64,000 nucleotides of DNA from Ylistrum balloti (taxonomy: Eukaryota). A program made the position numbers and the translations under genes. The DNA lies in the NCBI RefSeq assembly GCF_031769215.1, contig NW_026782339.1, forward strand, positions 124,001 to 188,000, read 5' to 3'. The notes under the pieces were generated by a model. That model saw only the letters and a list, made by a program, of their open reading frames with translations, did not search any database and had not been told where the DNA came from. Below, piece by piece: positions 38,651 to 51,160 of the stretch; position 1 is the stretch's first letter, and each line of letters starts with the position of its first letter.

Positions 38651-39544
38651 CGACACAGAGGGAGGTAGACATGGAATGTGGATGGAGTGGATACATATAT
38701 GTATATCAAGAACTTAGATTGAAAAGGAATTGTGTGAGGCATCAGTTTAGGTATTGAAGAGTATGTTGTCTTACCTGGAAAAGAGTAACAGTAGAAACTG
38801 CCTATGCAGATATGTAAAAGTTTGGTGAGGCATACAGAGTTGGTGAAAAATTATTTGATGATATATGTATATGTAGGAGTATGAGAGTAATGAATATCTG
38901 TGTGTCAGCTTCTTTTTTTGTAGATAAAATATCATATTTGCTGTGTATTAGTTTTGTTATGATAAAAATGTGTATATACTAAATCACACTTGATTAAAGG
39001 ATTGAAAACAGAGGTTACAACTTAAGATTATTTTTCAGATATTACTGTATAACAGAACAGAAGAAAATACCAACATGTCCACAGACACTTATTTCAAACT
39101 CAAAGTCAATGAAGTGACAACAAAATTTGAACAAAAGAAAGATTTGTATAGTCATATAAAAAGGTGTAAGGCGATTAAAACAACATGCAATTAAAAGAAA
39201 CAGTGTATTCATCTTTATTGATGACACCCACCATGTAAATTTTTCATTCCAAGTTAAAATTGTCTCATTCTCAAAATCAACAGCAACTAACCACTATGCA
39301 CAGTAACACATATTGAAGTCATTAAATCCATAAAGTGCACAAGTAAATATTTTTCAATGGGGTCAGAAACTTACAACCAAGAACTTCAACCTTGTCCTTC
39401 AATGAAGTTAATAGTAAATCACTTGAGAGAAGTTTAATACAGGTTTAAATAGTTTGTGTCAAATTTCAAAACAAAACATTAATTAATGTGTTTGTCGATT
39501 TGATGGCTATGAACAAGCTTGAAAAGTCTTGAAAGAATAGTGTT

Positions 39545-41920
39545 GAGATAGAAGGAGTCACGAAAATAGTGTTGAGTTAGAAGGAGTCACAAAAATAGTA
39601 ATGAGTTAGAAGGAGTCACAAGAATAATGTTGAGCTAGAAGGAGTCACAAGAATAGTATTGAGCTAAAAGGAGTCACAAGAACAAAGTTGAGCTAGAAGG
39701 AGTCACAAGAATAATATTGAGCTAGAAGGAGTCACAAGAATATTATTGAGCTAGAAGGAGTCACAAGAATAGTATTGAGCTAGAAGGATTCACAAGAATA
39801 GTATTGAGCTAGAAGGAGTCACAAGAATATTATTGAGCTAGAAGGAGTCACAAGAATAGTGTTGAGCTAGAAGGAGTCACAAGAATAGTATTGAGCTACA
39901 GGGAGTCACAAGAATAATGTTGTGCTAGAAGGATTCACAAGAATAGTATTGAGGAAGAAGGATTCACAAGAATATTATTGAGCTAGAAGGAGTCACAAGA
40001 ATAGTATTGAGGAAGAAGGATTCACAAGAATAGTGTTGAGCTACAGGGAGTCACAAGAATAGTGTTGAGCTAGAAGGAGTCACAAGAATAGTATTGAGCT
40101 ACAGGGAGTCACAAGAATAATGTTGTGCTAGAAGGAGTCACAAGAACAAAGTTGAGCTAGAAGGAGTCACAAGAATAGTGATTCACAAGAATAGTGTTGA
40201 GCTAGAAGGAGTCACAAGAATAGTATTGAGCTAGAAGGAGTCACAAGAATAGTATTGAGCTAGAAGGAGTCACAAGAATAGTATTGAGCTAGAAGGAGTC
40301 ACAAGAATAGTATTGAGCTAGAAGGAGTCACAAGAATAGTATTGAGCTAGAAGGAGTCACAAGAATAGTATTGAGCTACAGGGAGTCACAAGAATAGTAA
40401 TGAGCTAGAAGGAGTCACAAGAATAATATTGAGCTAGAAGGAGTCACAAGAATAGTATTGAGCTAGAAGGAGTCACAAGAATAGTATTATGCTAGAAGGA
40501 GTCACAAGAATAGTATTGAGCTAGAAGGAGTCACAAGAATAGAATTGAGCTAGAAGGAGTCACAAGAATAGTGTTGAGCTACAGGGAGTCACAAGAATAA
40601 TGTTGAGCTAGAAGGAGTCACAAGAATAGTATTGAGCTACAGGGAGTCACAAGAATAATGTTGTGCTAGAAGGAGTCACAAGAACAAAGTTGAGCTAGAA
40701 GGAGTCACAAGAATAGTATTGAGGAAGAAGGAGTCACAAGAATAGTATTGAGCTAGAAGGAGTCACAAGAATAGTATTGAGCTAGAAGGAGTCACAAGAA
40801 TAGTATTGAGCTACAGGGAGTCACAAGAATAGTAATGAGCTAGAAGGAGTCACAAGAATAATATTGAGCTAGAAGAAGTCACAAGAACAGTATTATGCTA
40901 GAAGGAGTCACAAGAATAGTATTGAGCTACAGGGAGTCACAAGAATAATAATGAGCTAGAAGGAGTCACAAGAATAATATTGAGCTAGAAGAAGTGACAA
41001 GAACAGTATTATGCTAGAAGGAGTCACAAGAATAGTGTTGAGCTAGAAGGAGTCACAAGAATAATATTGAGCTAGAAGGAGTCACAAGAATAGTATTGAG
41101 CTAGAAGGATTCACAAGAATAGTATTGAGCTAGAAGGAGTCTCAAGAATAGTATTGAGGAAGAAGGATTCACAAGAATATTATTGAGCTAGAAGGAGTCA
41201 CAAGAATAGTATTGAGCTACTGGGAGTCACAAGAATAGTATTGAGCTAGAAGGAGTCACAAGAATAATGCTGAGCTAGAAGGAGTCACAAGAATAGTGTT
41301 GAGCTAGAAGGAGTCTCAAGAATAGTATTGAGCTAGAAGGAGTCACAAGAATAGTATTGAGCTAGAAAGAGTCATAAGAATAGTATTGAGGAAGAAGGAT
41401 TCACAAGAATAGTATGGAGGAAGAAGGATTCACAAGAATAATGTTGAGCTACAGGGAGTCACAAGAATAGTATTGAGCTACAGGGAGTCACAAGAATAGT
41501 ATTGAGCTACAGGGAGTCACAAGAATAGTGTTGAGCTAAAAGGAGTCACAAGAATAATGTTGAGCTAGAAGGAGTCACAAGAATAGTATTGAGCTAGAAG
41601 GAGTCACAAGAATAGTGTTGAGCTACAGGGAGTCACAAGAATAGTGTTGAGCTAAAAGGAGTCACAAGAATAGTGTTGAGCTACAGGGAGTCACAAGAAT
41701 AGTATTGAGCTAGAAGGAGTCACAAGAATAATGTTGAGCTAGAAGGAGTCACAAGAATAGTATTGAGCTAGAAGGAGTCACAAGAATAGTGTTGAGCTAC
41801 AGGGAGTCACAAGAATAATATTGAGCTAGAAGGAGTCACAAGAATATTATTGAGCTAGAAGGAGTCACAAGAATAGTGTTGAGCTAGAAGGAGTCACAAG
41901 AATAGTGTTGGGAGTCACAA
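39545..41920. repeat. 29-bp satellite (~80 copies)
   Basis: Consensus gagctagaaggagtcacaagaatagtatt. Recurrent variants (gagctacaggg, gaggaagaaggattc, aacaaagtt) are interspersed, and there are no unique spacers. Confidence 0.96.
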
Positions 41921-43700
41921 AAAATAACCATTGACAGACAATACACAGATAAAACCTCCTACAACATTCAATGAAACCATAATTTGAAATCATCTGACTG
42001 TTGCCTCAAGTGCTACATCTTGACTGACAACAAATCATCTTGACGGCAAATTGGGGGAGGATTGTTTGCCATTGGCTTTACTCAACAACAACAAGTTGTC
42101 TTGCATTCATTTGATTTGATCGGAAACGGTACCAACCAAAAAGAAGAAACGGTTGATGCTCTACCGTAAATAAGGAATGGCTTTATAACTAAAGGCAACT
42201 TGCATGAATTGACGATCTGCCTAAAGTTACCAAAGAGCTAGCAATCTGAAAAAAAATGAATCGGTAAAGAACAAATACCACGCAACCAGCATAAAAACCC
42301 CGAAAATGTCTGGATTTAAACACTGAACAGCAAGATGTAGAGAAACATGATGAAGTAATTCAGAAAAAATGTTTTCCTTCAATTAAGGACACAACCAACA
42401 GGAATCCACCTTTCATGACATGACAGTGGATCAATGTCGTGTCATCTTTCTCGACTGATAACGAATGGGAGAGTAATATTTTGAAAAGAAAAGCTTGTAG
42501 ATAATGATGGCTTCAACTGAATTGGTCACCAAAAAGACCATTCCCACGGAGTTCTTAGATTTAACAAAAGACGCGAAAGTGAACATCGCCTTTTGAAGAG
42601 TCAAACAATGGATTGAAGTGCATCATACAGCTGTTTCATCCTTCTAGGACTTTCAGTGATGTGTGTCTAAATTTTGAAGCCAAGGATTGACCTGTGAAAA
42701 TAACATCATATTGTAACCCAAAATAGGCAATTTGCGCACAGATGCACATTACATAGCCGCAAAACAGAACCAGCGTTTCAGAAGGGTAAGTTTAGTCTGC
42801 TTCATTGATGTCATCTGACATGGGGATCAGTGAAAATCAAAGTTGTGTACTTTGTATTATGGTACAGTTTCGTCCATGATATCCAAGGGAGGATATTTCA
42901 TGCAGCTTTAATTGAAAGAGCTCATTAAAATGCTACAGAATTATACCAATGGGGTCCTTACAGGAATTAAATATTCCTAATGGTGGGCGAAAATACAACG
43001 TTAAGGTAGATATAAAATCCTTTATTCACAAATTTATAGATTGGTTGGCACAAAGACACAAGATCACTATTGGAGACTTGTACAATTACAAACATTTAAA
43101 TCATTTTCAAAATCTGTCGTGGCTTCACCCATCAAGATGAAATAAAAATAAACATTACTTTTAGTTGTAATACTTTCAATGGATTGAGGTAGACTCCCAG
43201 GCATTAACCTCATTGAATGTAAAATTCAGGAATCAATTTTCGACTAGTAATAAAATGGTGTGCTTAATACATCAGCCTACTATAGAATTCTTTCTGATAA
43301 AATAGCCACAGAGAAACTCATGGCCCTGAATCTAGAAGTTGTTTTTATTTGCTTTTTAATTTTAGCATTTCTGTCTTTATTTGTGAGATCATCCTTTATA
43401 CTTCGAGTGTTATTCACAAACTGTGATACAACGAGCACAGTCGTCACAAAACCAATACAAAGATTTAATACATGAGGATTTGTCACGCAATAGAATGTTA
43501 GCATTAATGCTACATCGTGGTAAAGGTTATAAACGTCGATACATAAGCTTTACAAGTGAACATATTCTAGCTGACTTCGAACTACCAAAGATTTAAAACC
43601 AACAGACCGTGTCGAGGATTTGGTGCTGCGTTGTCCTTAATGTTGGCGTTATTTTTTCAGGTAAAACGTGTTAAATAGATAAAAGGTAGGTCGAGCAAAT

Positions 43701-46700
43701 TCAAATTTGCCTGCCATTACAACAGGAACTGGATGACGTGACAACAGTGTCTGGACCCTCCTTTGTGTTATAGCGACGCTTCCCAACAAAAGGCATCAGT
43801 GACATGACAGCCGCCGAGAGAAGGAGGGGACCGCCAGCAAATATAACGGAGTAAATATAGCTCTGAGTGAGCTGGTACAAGCTACCTGAATAAAAAAATT
43901 AATTAAAGTCACATAAAAAATGCTAGTATTTACGATTGAAAGCTTCGCTGAAGAAACTAAAAACGAAAACAAAGGTTTGTCAAAGCTAGCGTATACAGTT
44001 GGTTTAGATGAAGCCAGTCTGTACTCACTTCTTCAGCTGAAGCCGAATATTGTTAATAGTCGGGAATCAAATTGCTCAAAAGTGATCTCAGTATTTAAAA
44101 TATACAAGAGACCGTCTTAACGGAAATTTTGGACGAGTTAACATCCAAAAGAATTATAATATTCCTGAATTGGAAAGCAAATACTAGTAGCTGTGTTTCA
44201 CACCAGATTTGCTGTAACATTGAACTCTAATGCCACTATTGCGTTTAAATTCAAAAACCTTTTGGCTCCGTCAAAAACCCGTTAGAACAATTCAGTTCAC
44301 ACAAATAAGAAATGATTACATAACCTATCAGAAAAAAACACTATTTTGGAGGGTTGATAGTCCAAAAAAATCTCTGATCTGTGTACCATACATAGGATCA
44401 TAATACAGCCGGAACGCCTGATTTCATCACCATCTCGTACACTATTTAATTCAGTACATATACATTTGTCATTTATCTGACGAAGATGACAGTGTGGCTA
44501 TCCTAATGTCACACAAATACCATCTATTCAATTTATGCTTACAAACTCGAAGAAAACATTTCACCTATAAAGGTTATTGTTTGGCCTTACAATTAAGGAA
44601 TGCTTGTCGTATGTTACAATTGAAATATTTAAAACACACGTATATTTATCTGGTTATTATCATTCTACACGTGAACAAAGAAAAAGTCACTAAACAATGA
44701 TACCTATCCAAGGTGAATAACTGCCTCCTTTTATTTAGTAACTAAAATGTGCCCTTGTTGGCTGCATGTATTTATATCTAAAATAGGTCAATCAATAATA
44801 CAGAATATGCACATATAGGAAAGCAGATTGGACCAGTTGAGTTCTAAGTTATTGTGTTTTAAATTCTTACCAGCCATTGGTGGACCTGCCATGGCGGCAG
44901 GGCCTTTAGCCATGATGATGAGACCGAACGCTAATGTAAGATTGTCTAATCCGACGTATTCTACTGTAATCAGTGGTTGTGTGGGAAACGGGAACCCTGT
45001 AAAGAAAAAACATCACACATCATGGTTTCTGTATTAATCGTCACAGGATTCAGTGTGATGTAAGTGCTGAATTAGTAAACATGTATTGTAAAAACATATT
45101 CCTTAAATTGTTTCTGTACTAGTTTACACAACTCATACATAACTTAACCTGAAGGTCATGGGCTTCACATGGCGCCAAAACATGGATGATACAAAAAAAC
45201 AGTTTCCGACCAAGAAGAATTGTTTACTGTCCATGATATGATCAATGCTAGATTCCACTTTAATAGATTCCGTGTCAGCAGGGACAATATAGGAGTGAGT
45301 TGTTCCATGAGATGAGTTTACGTTATGTAACTGTAGTATGTTCTTCATACAGCACCCGTTAAAACACAAAGCAATCGACAGATTCCGGTATAAACTGTTT
45401 AAACGTTAACAAATCTGGCAAAATATATCTCCCACCGTCTACGTTCCGGTCAATGTAAGCTGAAGTCCAATTGTTAAATGATGAGGTATTGAAGATTCAT
45501 TCGCCGACATTTTGCATTGGTTTAAATGCATTTGAAATTTCATCGTCATTTCGAAGCATATGCAGTCTGCAGTAATCTAACACAGTAATATATATAAACA
45601 TATATAGAGTGTGACATTATCCTATCACCATCCTGCACGTGACACGTCATGCAAACGGCCGCAATTTGCAATCAAAACTAAACATATTTTACAAAAAGTG
45701 CTAAACAAATCACTCCAACTTATGTTTGTGTAATAAAGACTCTTACTGGTCCAGAGGGAATGGTGAGAGGTCTTATTGTTGGAGGAAACCCGAATACCCA
45801 GGGAAAACCCACCTGGCTGGGCAGGTGACTACAAAGTTTTTCACTTCCGTTTGCAGAGAAATGAAAAACCAACCGTCTTGGTGAAATGCAATTACGTTAA
45901 TAGTGCGCCATTACATTAGCCATATCGAGTACTCAAATACAGATGAGGACTTTTGATACTCGTTTTCTTCATTAAGAAAACGCGAAATTCACCCCTCCTC
46001 GATACTCCAGGGGTTACAATCACCTTCGTTCTCTCCACCCCTGGAACATGTCATGACGAAATTGAAGGCACAAGCGAAGTAATTTCATTGGTTCAATGAG
46101 AAAGAAACAGACCATTCACAGGCTGATACGCTCCGTTACAAAAGAACGACAGTTAACCTCAAAGCCATTACAATATACCGTTATACGACCCCGAAATTCG
46201 TTTGATGTAAGTCACAGGACGAAACATTGCACCTTCGATTTCGCCATGCTATGTTCGAGGGATGCAAAGAGCGATAGTGATTGTAACCCTGGGGTATCTA
46301 AGATGAAGTTTACCTGGCTGTGTAGGGTGTTGATGCAGCATTAGCGATTGGAAAATTAAACTGCAATGTGATGTTATGCTCACCAACAAAGAATCCGTAG
46401 ACTGAAATAAAAACTACTAGTGTCTCAAATGTTGTACACAACCAAAATAGGAAGCAGGCTACAGCACATGCCACAGTGCCGAAGTTGCAGACAAACAGCG
46501 GACCGAACATCTGGATTGAGGCCAACAGCCCGCACACGAGTCTGCCCGCAATACTAACCACACCTGAACATAAAGATTTGATTACATTACCTACAAACAT
46601 AAAAATGAATAAAGAAATAGATAAAATATAATGACTGAAAACATAGGACACAGACAAAACGTTGTTCATATATAGGGCATTTCCCCCCAAAAAATACCAC

Positions 46701-49239
46701 TTTAAAATCTTGTGCTCGGACAGGATCAACTGAAATTCTTTTGTATGCTCCAATCAAACGTAATTCATATTTCATAGTGTCACGACATTGGCTAGTATGA
46801 TAAAACGAGATTACTGAATGGTGGGTACATCTTTCTGTCTGTTGCGATATTTCAATATGGCACAGAGAACTAGTTTTCCGAAAGGAAATTACTGGCACAC
46901 CAGTTGAGCAAGCATTACACTCCAGCATACGCTCCAGCGCAAACCAGTTGCGTTGACAAAATGCAATCCAACACACAGAGTCGTGTCAACAGGATAACGC
47001 GATATAGTATATTATTGGCGACGGTGAAATGATCTAACACTACCCGACATGTAGCCCATAGCCAAGGAATATTTGTATTTTATGTGTTGAGAAACGCCAA
47101 CATTCGGTAACGTCTATAGCTGTGCTATATATTGTTGACCGAAGAATAATGCTACTATATTCCTATCACTTTTTCTTAAACTTTGTCTCCAGGCGATTAC
47201 CAAAGAAAATGTTCGGTGTTGTGTTGCGTTTACAGATCAAATCAAATCAGATATAGAACAAAATACTCACCAAAGAGAATGAAGAGTGTAGCGATGTCCT
47301 GGCCGTCTAGTCCAATGAGTTCACTGTATTCGGCCATGAATGTCATTGGAATGTGTTGCGCCATCTGAGCTAGGGCAGACCCCGCCACAAGAAGGAGAAA
47401 AGCTGGATCCGTGGTAAACGGTTTACACGATCCTCTACACAAGCCGTGACTTACGTCATTCTCTGACGTCATACAAGACTCGATTTCTGCGCAAATATGA
47501 TCTGTTCCTTCCATTTCCTCGACACGTTTTGATTGGATATACTTATTGGATGTGTTTGATTTTAATATGTTTGTACTTCCGGTTAGAAAAATATCTTTTC
47601 TGTCAAGCATATTTTGTGCGTACATTGAAACCTGTTCGTATTGCTTAGGTTTGGGATGATGAACACACTGAAGAGACCGATAAAGACCAAGATGAGCCGA
47701 TGAATTTTCATTTTTGTCGATGTAGCATTGCGGAAGACTACGGGTGCTTGAATGACCTCTATTCTTAAAGTAGATAAATTGATTCCGTACTCCCTCGGTC
47801 TGTATCCAATCATTTTCATGCAGATATGAAAACGACTGTAATTGTTCATTCCCTTGTTTAGATGAAGAAAGAGAATGATTATGTGGTTTCGTCTCCAAGT
47901 TTATCGGTTTTCCGTGTCTGTTGGTATCTCCCTGTGTAGGAGGAGGGGGTCGCATCAATAGACCGGAGACACATATATTGAGAACGAAGCCCGCCCATAA
48001 TAAAATAGTTGCTCTCCAGCCGTAATAACCAATCAAAAACTTCGTCACAGGAGGTAGGACGATGACACCTAATCCACTTCCGGCAGTAATAATGCCTTGC
48101 GCAACACCACGCTTCCTGTCAAAATACGTATTAACCAAAGTGACAGACGGCAAATAGAACAGGCTACATCCAGTTCCTGAAAGGTAAAAACAAACTGAAT
48201 CAAGGGGTTATGGGTATGAATCGTGTCGACATTAACGATACCCAACAAAGATGACTAACATATGTCATCCTCACGTTAGATTCTTGAATTCCTGGTCCAA
48301 TACAACAGGCTCGACGTCCAAATCATCAAAGCAGGAACTGCTTGGATACAGATCTCTATGCCAAATGAGAGTGATCCAATAATATCAACTCGTTCGTTAA
48401 AGATATTGTACTCCAATCGTATACACATGCAGACATCAATCAATAGAAAAGGTTTTTATCTACGAATATTTTTCCTCATTCGCCTGCTTAATTTCAACCT
48501 TTACATGGTCGAAACAGTCGAATAATGAATTTTAGTCATTCAATATTCATTATCTGACATAAACCTTATACGTGCTTGTTTATTTCCATTGATATTAACT
48601 TGCGTGTCGTTGCATAATCCTTACAATATATTCCTACTATCTCTGACGAAACACAGGAACTTGACGCGAATTCACAATTACACGATTAATTTCGTGTCAA
48701 GTCACTTTGGGACGAAACCTCCTACCTGTGATTATCCCGTGTGTGACAAAGAAGACTGCAATTGAGTGAGTTGCATAGCTACATAAAAGCCCAACACTGG
48801 TAACACATGCTCCTAACACTGTCACCCGGCGAAATCCGAACCTTCGAATCAACTTGCTGCAGACAGGACCTATAAACATTGATATCAAATTTAACGTATG
48901 AATGTTGGTGATAAGGATCGAGAAGAACAATTTTATATAAGTTTGTATTTGGCGGTGATTACATGGACACTTACCTACTAAACATGACATACCAACCATT
49001 ATGGAGCCGGGAAGAGCAGTGATGGCAGGCTCGGCCCCAAAATGGAGGAGAAACTCTGGATACAGGAGACCATATATCCCAATAAGTCCATCCAGGCAGA
49101 ACATGTTAAAGAAACTCGCGCCAACAACCACCCATCCATAGCCACCGTCCAGCAATTTTACGTCAGACATATCGTCACTTCCGGAATTCATGTCCCGATG
49201 CGCTCTTCCGTTTTCAGCAAGTTCGGATTCGCTTGTCAT
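43701..49239 (-). CDS. SLC16 (monocarboxylate transporter family) MFS transporter, paralogue A, 6 coding exons, 601 aa
   Basis: Exons: 49239-48975, 48869-48726, 48176-47271, 46563-46384, 44996-44871, 43885-43701 (1806 nt, phase consistent). SLC16 motifs: [43 protein letters not shown], the invertebrate loop motif RKDIFLTGS, and [12 protein letters not shown]. The exact SLC16 member is not assignable. Confidence 0.92.
45770..45850 (-). mobile_element. V-domain SINE-like fragment
   Basis: The reverse complement gggttttccctgggtattcgggtttcctcc matches the V-SINE central motif GGTTT..CTCCGGGTxCTCCGGTTTCCTCC. A shorter similar piece lies at ~53725-53750. Confidence 0.55.
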
Positions 49240-50233
49240 ACCTGTGTTTGGCTCCTTCGTGAATCACTGTACTTAAATCGTCCATTCAGACATGTGAATT
49301 ATCCCTTCAATAACATGTCTGCTCCTAAAAACGACAATCACATTAAAGTTAAGTCGTTCAAAGAGTCGAATATTCAATGATAAAACAGGCAGTACATATT
49401 GACGTAAATATGTTAACGACCTCGTGACTAGAGCTATGAAAGGTCGGTTTTAATGTAGGTTTTCTGGCAAGCAGGTGATAAGAATGTGTCTGCCGACGAG
49501 TTAGCCTGTAGATCAAATCCAACACTCGGAACTCAAATGTTCCGAATAGCTTAGGTATATACCACATATATTTCAAAGTCTTTACTTACAAGACAGCGTG
49601 TTTCATGTAAAAAAGGGAAAAAACAAAACTCCATTCAATTCTGTATTGGGAAGCAATAATACTATTTAATCAAATTGAACCCTTTTAAATATAGCTGGAG
49701 GTATTCTGAATATTTTTCTGGCGATAAAACAGCACGATTTGAATACGAGAAAAATGAGCTAATCTCTGGCATATTTATTCATTCATTTATTTGTAGCCTG
49801 GTGCGAAAATGAAAACAGCACTCTGCTCTGGTTTTTTGAATATGTTTAATTACGACCTACTTTTAACAGTTACTTGACATAAACATACGATAGTGTGGGG
49901 CATACACGATGACAATTAAAAATCGACATTTACAATTGTAGATATTACAAAAGACAAAATTACGTTTAAAATGTCTTAACAGGGATGATGAAGCATTACT
50001 GTCTACCAATATGTAGATAAATATAATTACTGCCCGATGTTATGTCCAGAATGATATTCGGGAAGGAGTGTGCAGAGTAGGGATAGGTGTTTAGGGTATG
50101 CGCGTGCATTCTTACTCAACCAAACAATAAGGACTGCTCCCTCACACCCCATACATACCGACGTGTGAAGTATGGCAGGGCCAGATTTACCTGACAAGTA
50201 CCAGTGAGTAAAGTTCACCATACTACCTAAACA

Positions 50234-50513
50234 NNNNNNNNNNNNNNNNNNNNNNNNNNNNNNNNNNNNNNNNNNNNNNNNNNNNNNNNNNNNNNNNNNN
50301 NNNNNNNNNNNNNNNNNNNNNNNNNNNNNNNNNNNNNNNNNNNNNNNNNNNNNNNNNNNNNNNNNNNNNNNNNNNNNNNNNNNNNNNNNNNNNNNNNNNN
50401 NNNNNNNNNNNNNNNNNNNNNNNNNNNNNNNNNNNNNNNNNNNNNNNNNNNNNNNNNNNNNNNNNNNNNNNNNNNNNNNNNNNNNNNNNNNNNNNNNNNN
50501 NNNNNNNNNNNNN
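50234..50513. other. Assembly gap (280 N)
   Basis: Run of n. Confidence 0.99.
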
Positions 50514-50640
50514 ACACACCCACACACCCTTACACACACAACCACCACCATCACCACACACACACACGCAACCACCACAACCACCACACACACACACACA
50601 CACACACACACAACCACCACCACCACCACCCACACACACA
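50514..50640. repeat. (CA)n/(CCA)n microsatellite between two gaps
   Basis: Only C/A di- and trinucleotide runs. Confidence 0.95.
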
Positions 50641-51160
50641 NNNNNNNNNNNNNNNNNNNNNNNNNNNNNNNNNNNNNNNNNNNNNNNNNNNNNNNNNNNN
50701 NNNNNNNNNNNNNNNNNNNNNNNNNNNNNNNNNNNNNNNNNNNNNNNNNNNNNNNNNNNNNNNNNNNNNNNNNNNNNNNNNNNNNNNNNNNNNNNNNNNN
50801 NNNNNNNNNNNNNNNNNNNNNNNNNNNNNNNNNNNNNNNNNNNNNNNNNNNNNNNNNNNNNNNNNNNNNNNNNNNNNNNNNNNNNNNNNNNNNNNNNNNN
50901 NNNNNNNNNNNNNNNNNNNNNNNNNNNNNNNNNNNNNNNNNNNNNNNNNNNNNNNNNNNNNNNNNNNNNNNNNNNNNNNNNNNNNNNNNNNNNNNNNNNN
51001 NNNNNNNNNNNNNNNNNNNNNNNNNNNNNNNNNNNNNNNNNNNNNNNNNNNNNNNNNNNNNNNNNNNNNNNNNNNNNNNNNNNNNNNNNNNNNNNNNNNN
51101 NNNNNNNNNNNNNNNNNNNNNNNNNNNNNNNNNNNNNNNNNNNNNNNNNNNNNNNNNNNN
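50641..51160. other. Assembly gap (520 N)
   Basis: Run of n. Confidence 0.99.

Noticed and set aside
39545-41920. CRISPR-like array (29-bp repeats)
   Set aside because: The units are contiguous with no unique spacers, the context is eukaryotic and intron-rich, and there are no cas genes.
46587-46976. 129-aa minus-strand ORF in SLC16-A intron 3
   Set aside because: No recognisable motifs or splice support; consistent with chance in CpG-richer DNA.
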